In this document: in pieces, positions 58,930 to 64,000 of the stretch | How positions within the stretch are numbered: position 1 is the stretch's first letter | Layout of the letters: each line of letters opens with the position of its first letter | NCBI GenBank assembly: GCA_038061755.1 | Contig: JBBTYN010000004.1 | Location: 3,198-67,197, forward strand | Length of the DNA stretch: 64,000 nucleotides | From: Patescibacteria group bacterium | Lineage (GTDB): Bacteria; Patescibacteriota; Minisyncoccia; Phycocordibacterales; UBA9973 | Reading direction: 5' to 3' | Translations under genes and position numbers: made by a program | Notes under the pieces: generated by a model | What the model was told of the DNA's origin: nothing | Seen by the model: the letters and a program-made list of their open reading frames with translations, nothing else | Database searches by the model: none

Positions 58930-60231
58930 TTATTTAAACATGCTTGGATTTGTAAAAGGTAAATAATACATTGGGTCAAGATAAGCATTTATAGGAGCAA
59001 GAGGCTGAGTTAATATCCTTCCAGGACAAGATTTACTAGGAATACTTTTCACCTCAACAGCATTAGGAGCATAGACTGTAACATGTAGATGTGGCCCCGT
59101 AGAATAGCCTGTATTGCCACTATAACCTACTTCTGTGCCCCTTTCTACTCTATTCCCCACCCCTACTTTAATCAAAGATAAATGCCCATAAGCACTAGAT
59201 AAGCCATTGTCATATTTAATAAAGACAAATTTACCAAAAGAAACACCCGGACATTGTGCATCAGTATCTCCAGTTCCAGCCACCACCCCTCCTGCCATAG
59301 ATTTAACGGGTGTACCAATGGCAGCTCTAAAATCTACTCCACCATGAGAACCAGAAACATATAGCCTTTTTGAATCTACGGTTCTTCCGAAAAGTTGGGT
59401 TATAAAAATGTAATCAAATGGCCAAGAAAATACTCCAGCATTAGGTAATTTAGATGGGTCTAAAATATATTTAAGTTGTGACTCATAATCACGCAGTTCT
59501 TTTTCTAATGCGTCTTTTTGAGCTAACCGATCTTTTAAAATCTTTTGGTAATTAGCTTCGCTATTCTTTGTTTGTTTCAAAAGTTTATTCTTTTCATTTG
59601 TATTTTGCACAACTATTTTCCGCTGATCAGAAAGTTGGGAATAAAGCTTAGTAAGTTGGTTTTTAGCATTAATAGTTTGCTGTCGGGTATTTTCTAATTC
59701 ACTTTTAACTTGTTTTAAATTAAAAATGTTTTCTCTGATTTTATTGCGCACGCTCACAATATTATCAATATCGTTCCAGACAACAGTAAAATTATTTTGG
59801 GATAATAGTGTTTGCAGTATCCCATTCTGTTCTGTTTCGTTCATTTGCTTAATACCCAGCCTAATTGCTTCTGTATCATTGTTTATATGATCTTGCTTGT
59901 TGCCTATATCAGAACTTAGGTTTTGTATTGTAAGATTTGTTTTATCAATTTTATTTTGGGTAACGGCAATGTCCGCATTTAATTTTTTTTTAGTTAAATC
60001 AAGTTGTTTTAAAGAGCTATTTAAAGAAGTTTTCTGCTGACCTAGATCGTTTAGTTGTGCTTGATAAGCAACTATTTCTTGTTCTAATTTTTGGATGTCA
60101 GAATCTTTTTGATTTATTTTATTTTGAATTTCCTGAGCAGTTACTGCATAAGAAAAAGCTATCGGAATTAGAAGTAATGAAAATAAAACTATTATATTAA
60201 ATAGCTTTTTGTAATCTGGAAATAGTTTCAT
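58930..60231 (-). CDS. M23 peptidase with an N-terminal coiled coil (EnvC/LytM-like murein hydrolase activator).
   Basis: HGGVDF...GHLSLIKVG...GPHLHV M23 motifs and a long Q/K/E-rich coiled coil. Confidence 0.8.
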   Translation of the reverse strand: MKLFPDYKKLFNIIVLFSLLLIPIAFSYAVTAQEIQNKINQKDSDIQKLEQEIVAYQAQLNDLGQQKTSLNSSLKQLDLTKKKLNADIAVTQNKIDKTNLTIQNLSSDIGNKQDHINNDTEAIRLGIKQMNETEQNGILQTLLSQNNFTVVWNDIDNIVSVRNKIRENIFNLKQVKSELENTRQQTINAKNQLTKLYSQLSDQRKIVVQNTNEKNKLLKQTKNSEANYQKILKDRLAQKDALEKELRDYESQLKYILDPSKLPNAGVFSWPFDYIFITQLFGRTVDSKRLYVSGSHGGVDFRAAIGTPVKSMAGGVVAGTGDTDAQCPGVSFGKFVFIKYDNGLSSAYGHLSLIKVGVGNRVERGTEVGYSGNTGYSTGPHLHVTVYAPNAVEVKSIPSKSCPGRILTQPLAPINAYLDPMYYLPFTNPSMFK

Positions 60232-61624
60232 TTTTTCCTATAATAGAGGCTATAATAAACGGATCCGGAGATTTATCAAGCCCTGACAGAGCAAAACGCA
60301 CCGGATGAAGGAGCTCTCCCCTGCTATCTAGTTTGTCAGCAACAGTCATCAATGCATTTTTAATATTTTCTTGACTAAAATTATTTTCATCTAAATCTGT
60401 TAATATTTTTATAGCTAATTCTAAATTTTTTTTAATTTTTTCTATCGGGGTATTTTTATAAATTAGTTTGCTTTTATCATATTCCGGTGCCTTGAAGAAA
60501 AGGTTCAACTCCCCTCTCGCAATCATATCTTTCACGTCTCCCCATTTTGAAATTCGTTCTAAAATTAAAGGAACAAGTTTTAGATTACGCATATTTTCTG
60601 GAAGTTGTTCTAAAATATTTTTTTCAATTTCTTCTTTAGGAAGCAATTTTATATGCTCTTTGTTCAGCCAATTCAGTTTATCATCACTCCACTGCGCCCC
60701 AGAACGCTGAATTTTAGTTAAATCAAATACTTTAATTAATTCTTCTCTTGTATACACTTCCTTTTCTCCACCGGGATTAAAACCAAGAAATGTTAAATAA
60801 TTTACCATTGCGTCTGGTAGATATCCTTCTTTTTCATAATCTAAAACATCTTTAGCGCCGTCACGTTTGCCAAGTTTCTTCTTTCCATCAATTCCCATTA
60901 TCGGTGGAGTGGTTACAAAATGTGGTGGCGTAACACCAAGTGCTTCATAAATAGATAAAAATTTCGGAGTGGAAGAAATAAATTCTTGTCCTCTCACCAC
61001 ATGAGTCACACCCATCTCTATATCATCCACAATGTGCGCAAAATTATACGTCGGATATCCGTCGCTTTTTATTAAAATAAAATCATCCAACGCTTCGGAG
61101 CCAGCAGATAGTTCTCCCCAAACAATATCATTCCAAACAGTTTGCCTTAACTCCAAAATCTTAAATCGTAATGGTGTAGTTCCATCCCAAACAGGTGGAT
61201 TCGTAGGTCTGTACTCACGATATAAAAAAGGTTTTTTTTCTAGTTCAGCTTTTTGTCTAAATTTTTCAATTTCTTCTTCTGTATAAGGATCTGCATATGC
61301 TAAACCTTTTTTTATTAAAATTTCTGCATATTTTTTATATAATTCAAGTCTCTCTGATTGAATATATGGCGCATATAACCCTCCAATATCCGGCCCTTGA
61401 TCCCAATTTAAACCAAGCCATTTTAATGATTTTTGAATATGTTCAATTGAACCCACCACTTCCCTTTCCTTATCAGTGTCTTCAATTCGTAAAATAAATT
61501 GACCATTGTTTTTTCTCGCTAAAAGCCATGCATAAAGGGCAGTCCGAATATTTCCAACATGAATAAAGCCCGTCGGACTTGGCGCAAATCTAGTCACAAC
61601 TTTTTCTGTAGTTTTTCCTAGCAT
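60197..61624 (-). CDS. gltX: Glutamyl-tRNA synthetase.
   Basis: Class I HIGH-like motif FAPSPTGFIHVGNIRTALYAW and a KMSKS-like KLGKRDG. Confidence 0.9.
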   Translation of the reverse strand: MLGKTTEKVVTRFAPSPTGFIHVGNIRTALYAWLLARKNNGQFILRIEDTDKEREVVGSIEHIQKSLKWLGLNWDQGPDIGGLYAPYIQSERLELYKKYAEILIKKGLAYADPYTEEEIEKFRQKAELEKKPFLYREYRPTNPPVWDGTTPLRFKILELRQTVWNDIVWGELSAGSEALDDFILIKSDGYPTYNFAHIVDDIEMGVTHVVRGQEFISSTPKFLSIYEALGVTPPHFVTTPPIMGIDGKKKLGKRDGAKDVLDYEKEGYLPDAMVNYLTFLGFNPGGEKEVYTREELIKVFDLTKIQRSGAQWSDDKLNWLNKEHIKLLPKEEIEKNILEQLPENMRNLKLVPLILERISKWGDVKDMIARGELNLFFKAPEYDKSKLIYKNTPIEKIKKNLELAIKILTDLDENNFSQENIKNALMTVADKLDSRGELLHPVRFALSGLDKSPDPFIIASIIGKNETISRLQKAI

Positions 61625-61646
61625 GCTATTATTTTAGCATATTTTT

Positions 61647-62777
61647 CTATTTTTCGTGACTCAAAGCTATGTCTACTAATTCACGAGCTATTTTTTCGGC
61701 AGCACCTTCTTTACTGAAAGCTTTTGCATTTTCTGCCATTTTTTTATAATCTTCCTTATTTTCTATTATTCTATCAATCTCTGAACTTAAAATATTAGCT
61801 GTCATATTCGCCTCTTCGATTACACTGCAAGCCCCAGCTCGCGCATAATTGAAAGCATTTTTTCTTGAGTGATCAGCATTCGAATTTTTAAAAGGAATTA
61901 AAATTGATGGTACGCCCCAAGAAGCTATTTCAAATAAAGTTGATCCAGCGCGAGAAATAATAATAGTTGCAGCACCAGCAACCATTTTCAGTTGTAAAGA
62001 ATTTAAAAAAGGTAAAGGTAAGTATCTTGTCTTATATTTATTTTCTATTAAAATAACTTCAGCTTGCCCAGAAACTGTTTTAAATTTCTTAATCCCAGTT
62101 TGGTGAATAATCTGATAATTTTTTATTAATGTTGGTAATGCGTCCAGAACAACATTATTTATAAGTTCTGCTCCTTGAGAACCACCAAGTATAACAATTA
62201 TAGGTGTTCTTTCTTCTAATTTAAAATATTCAAATGCTTCTTTCCGCGGTGACCCATGCTCTATTTCAGTTCTTATTGGTTGTCCTATCCAAGCAACAGT
62301 TTTTTTAGGAAAAAAAACGGCAGCCTCCGAAAAAGACACAGCAACTTTTTTAGCAAAATGTCCAGCCCAAAGATTTACACGTCCAGGGGCAGAATCTGAT
62401 TCGTGGATTAAAACAGGAATACGTAAAATTCTAGCTGCAAAAATTGTCGAAAAAGATGCATATCCTCCTTTACCAAAAACAACATCTGGATAAATTGAAT
62501 ACAATTTATAAATTGCATTAATTGTGCCAAAGAAAATTTTGAAAATATCAAAAAAATTTTGAAATGAAAAGTAAGTACGTATTTTCCCGGCGCTTATTTC
62601 TTCATACAAAAGTTCATTTTCAACAAGCATTTTTTTATCATAAGGACTATCAGAAAAATAATAGAGTTTTGCCCCTATAATATGTTCATGATCTATTATT
62701 TGATTAACTTTTTGGGCGACAGCAATAATTGGATAAAAATGCCCGCCCGTCCCTCCGCCTGTAAAAACTATTTTCAT
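61647..62777 (-). CDS. murG: Undecaprenyl-PP-MurNAc-pentapeptide-UDPGlcNAc GlcNAc transferase.
   Basis: GT-B fold with N-terminus FTGGGTGGHFYPIIAV. Confidence 0.9.
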   Translation of the reverse strand: MKIVFTGGGTGGHFYPIIAVAQKVNQIIDHEHIIGAKLYYFSDSPYDKKMLVENELLYEEISAGKIRTYFSFQNFFDIFKIFFGTINAIYKLYSIYPDVVFGKGGYASFSTIFAARILRIPVLIHESDSAPGRVNLWAGHFAKKVAVSFSEAAVFFPKKTVAWIGQPIRTEIEHGSPRKEAFEYFKLEERTPIIVILGGSQGAELINNVVLDALPTLIKNYQIIHQTGIKKFKTVSGQAEVILIENKYKTRYLPLPFLNSLQLKMVAGAATIIISRAGSTLFEIASWGVPSILIPFKNSNADHSRKNAFNYARAGACSVIEEANMTANILSSEIDRIIENKEDYKKMAENAKAFSKEGAAEKIARELVDIALSHEK

Positions 62778-62786
62778 AAATTTAAT

Positions 62787-63890
62787 TTAACTATTTTTAC
62801 GCTGAAATTTTGATATATTAAACACAATACCTATTGCCATCATATAAACCATAAGCGCAGTGCCTCCTTGGCTCATAAATACTAATGGGACCCCCGTTAA
62901 AGGAAAAACTCCAACCACAGAAGCAATATGCATAAATGATTGCGCTGTAATTAGTATAACAATTCCATAAACTAAAAGTCCACTAAAAGCATCTGGAGAG
63001 CGATTGGCAATACGGAAACCGCGTAAAATAAAAAATAAATAAAGAAATATTGTAATAGTTGATCCAACAAAACCTAATTCTTCGCCCAAAACTGCAAAGA
63101 TAGAATCTCCTTGCGGTTCAGGAAGATAACTAAATTTTTGAATACTTTGACCAAATCCATGCCCCCAAATACCACCTGACCCTAAAGCAATAAGCGATTG
63201 TTGAATTTGATAAGAAGACCCTTGCGCGTCTTGCGATGGATTTATAAAAGTTTTTACTCGTTCTTGTAGATAAGGCGTAAAATAAACAAGAGTTCCGAGT
63301 AGTAATACTGTCCCTAAAATTGAACCGAAAATATATCTAACGGGAACACTTGAAATAAAAAGCATCGATATTCCAACAATAGTAATCAAAATGAAACTTT
63401 TTGTATCTGGCTGTTTAAATAAAATAAAAGCAATAACTCCAATCATTACTAAAAATGGTAAAATTCCAAATTTAAAATCTTGCACTCTATTTTTTGCCCA
63501 CGACAGCCATGCTGCAAAATAAATTACAAAAGCAAATTTTAAAAATTCCACTGGTTGGAAATTAAATCCACCTATGTGTATCCATCTTTGCGCTCCGCCA
63601 TGACTCCACCCAATAGAAGGAATAAAAACCGCTGCTGTTAATAATATAGATCCTAAAAAAAAGAAAAAAGAAAATTTACGCCAAAATTTATAATTTATCT
63701 TAGAACAAAAATACATACCTACTAAACCGAAACCGAGACCAAGAACTAATTGACTAAAAAGCACTGAATAAAAAATTTTCTCATTTTTTGCCAAAATTCC
63801 CAAAGATGCAGAAATAAACATAGCAACTCCAAATGTTAATAAAAGAAATATAATTATAAGAAAAAATTTATCTACTTTTTTTTCTGTCAT
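62787..63890 (-). CDS. ftsW: SEDS-family peptidoglycan glycosyltransferase (FtsW/RodA).
   Basis: Ten-TM SEDS topology with a conserved C-terminal region, located between mraY and murG. Confidence 0.85.
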   Translation of the reverse strand: MTEKKVDKFFLIIIFLLLTFGVAMFISASLGILAKNEKIFYSVLFSQLVLGLGFGLVGMYFCSKINYKFWRKFSFFFFLGSILLTAAVFIPSIGWSHGGAQRWIHIGGFNFQPVEFLKFAFVIYFAAWLSWAKNRVQDFKFGILPFLVMIGVIAFILFKQPDTKSFILITIVGISMLFISSVPVRYIFGSILGTVLLLGTLVYFTPYLQERVKTFINPSQDAQGSSYQIQQSLIALGSGGIWGHGFGQSIQKFSYLPEPQGDSIFAVLGEELGFVGSTITIFLYLFFILRGFRIANRSPDAFSGLLVYGIVILITAQSFMHIASVVGVFPLTGVPLVFMSQGGTALMVYMMAIGIVFNISKFQRKNS

Positions 63891-63893
63891 GTT

Positions 63894-64000
63894 TTACCGG
63901 CTAATAATTACTAAAATTATACCAATAATAGCAAACACAACTGAAAGAATCCAAAAACGCATTACTACCTTATAAGATGGCCAGCCAAGTGCTTCAAAAT
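63894..64000 (-). CDS. mraY: Phospho-N-acetylmuramoyl-pentapeptide transferase, 3' end only; continues beyond the window.
   Basis: C-terminal sequence ...MRFWILSVVFAIIGIILVIISR* resembles the MraY C-terminus, and it is in the mraY-ftsW-murG order. Confidence 0.55.
   Translation of the reverse strand, partial: FEALGWPSYKVVMRFWILSVVFAIIGIILVIISR

Overview
This is a low-GC (~30-35% by eye), gene-dense bacterial chromosome segment with short housekeeping genes, resembling a reduced-genome, CPR/Patescibacteria-like organism; I cannot confirm that taxonomy without a database search. It contains no rRNA genes, CRISPR arrays or obvious prophage.

Syntenic core genes recognised from conserved motifs:
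- A complete F-type ATP synthase operon: atpZ-like, atpB, atpE, atpF, atpH, atpA, atpG, atpD, atpC.
- An unusually complete de novo purine/GMP cluster: gmk-like, a purS-purL fusion, purQ, purF, purN, purD, purA, guaB, guaA, purH, purE, purM, purC, purB.
- Cell-envelope genes: mreB, ddl, alr, murA, murG, ftsW, a partial mraY, PBP2, ctpA, an M23/EnvC-like peptidase, an FtsQ-like protein and an RseP protease.
- Replication, repair and translation genes: a priA-like gene, holB, dnaX, topA, dprA, parB, xer, rel, frr, miaA, rsmI, dus, serS, gltX, rpmG, rplI, rpmA.
- Three tRNAs: Trp-CCA, Leu-CAA on the minus strand, and Gln-UUG.

The most unusual content is repetitive and structural:
- A family of 44-46 bp nested perfect palindromes occurs four times. 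Two copies sit between convergent genes. Two sit inside the open reading frames of dus and purH at inter-domain linkers, analogous to Rickettsia palindromic elements. Between copies the inner 7-mer is inverted, and one paired position shows a compensatory substitution.
- A second family of 'TAGCAAG / CTTGCTA' core palindromes occurs several times, twice with the left half-site duplicated.
- Two ATP synthase intergenic regions (atpE|atpF and atpD|atpC) are each bracketed by 15-17 bp inverted repeats of the form AAATTT.AA.TAGTT, like MITE ends or long-range RNA stems.

Other notable items:
- A NUDIX-Pol-beta nucleotidyltransferase fusion gene.
- Three clearly GC-richer islands, probably horizontally acquired: a GT2 glycosyltransferase, an HExxH lipoprotein wedged into the purine operon, and the partial ORF at the window's 5' end.
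- A PriA homolog with degenerate Walker A/B motifs.
- A 30-bp perfect palindrome next to xer, possibly a dif site.

Every call rests on reading the sequence and on known family motifs; no searches were run.
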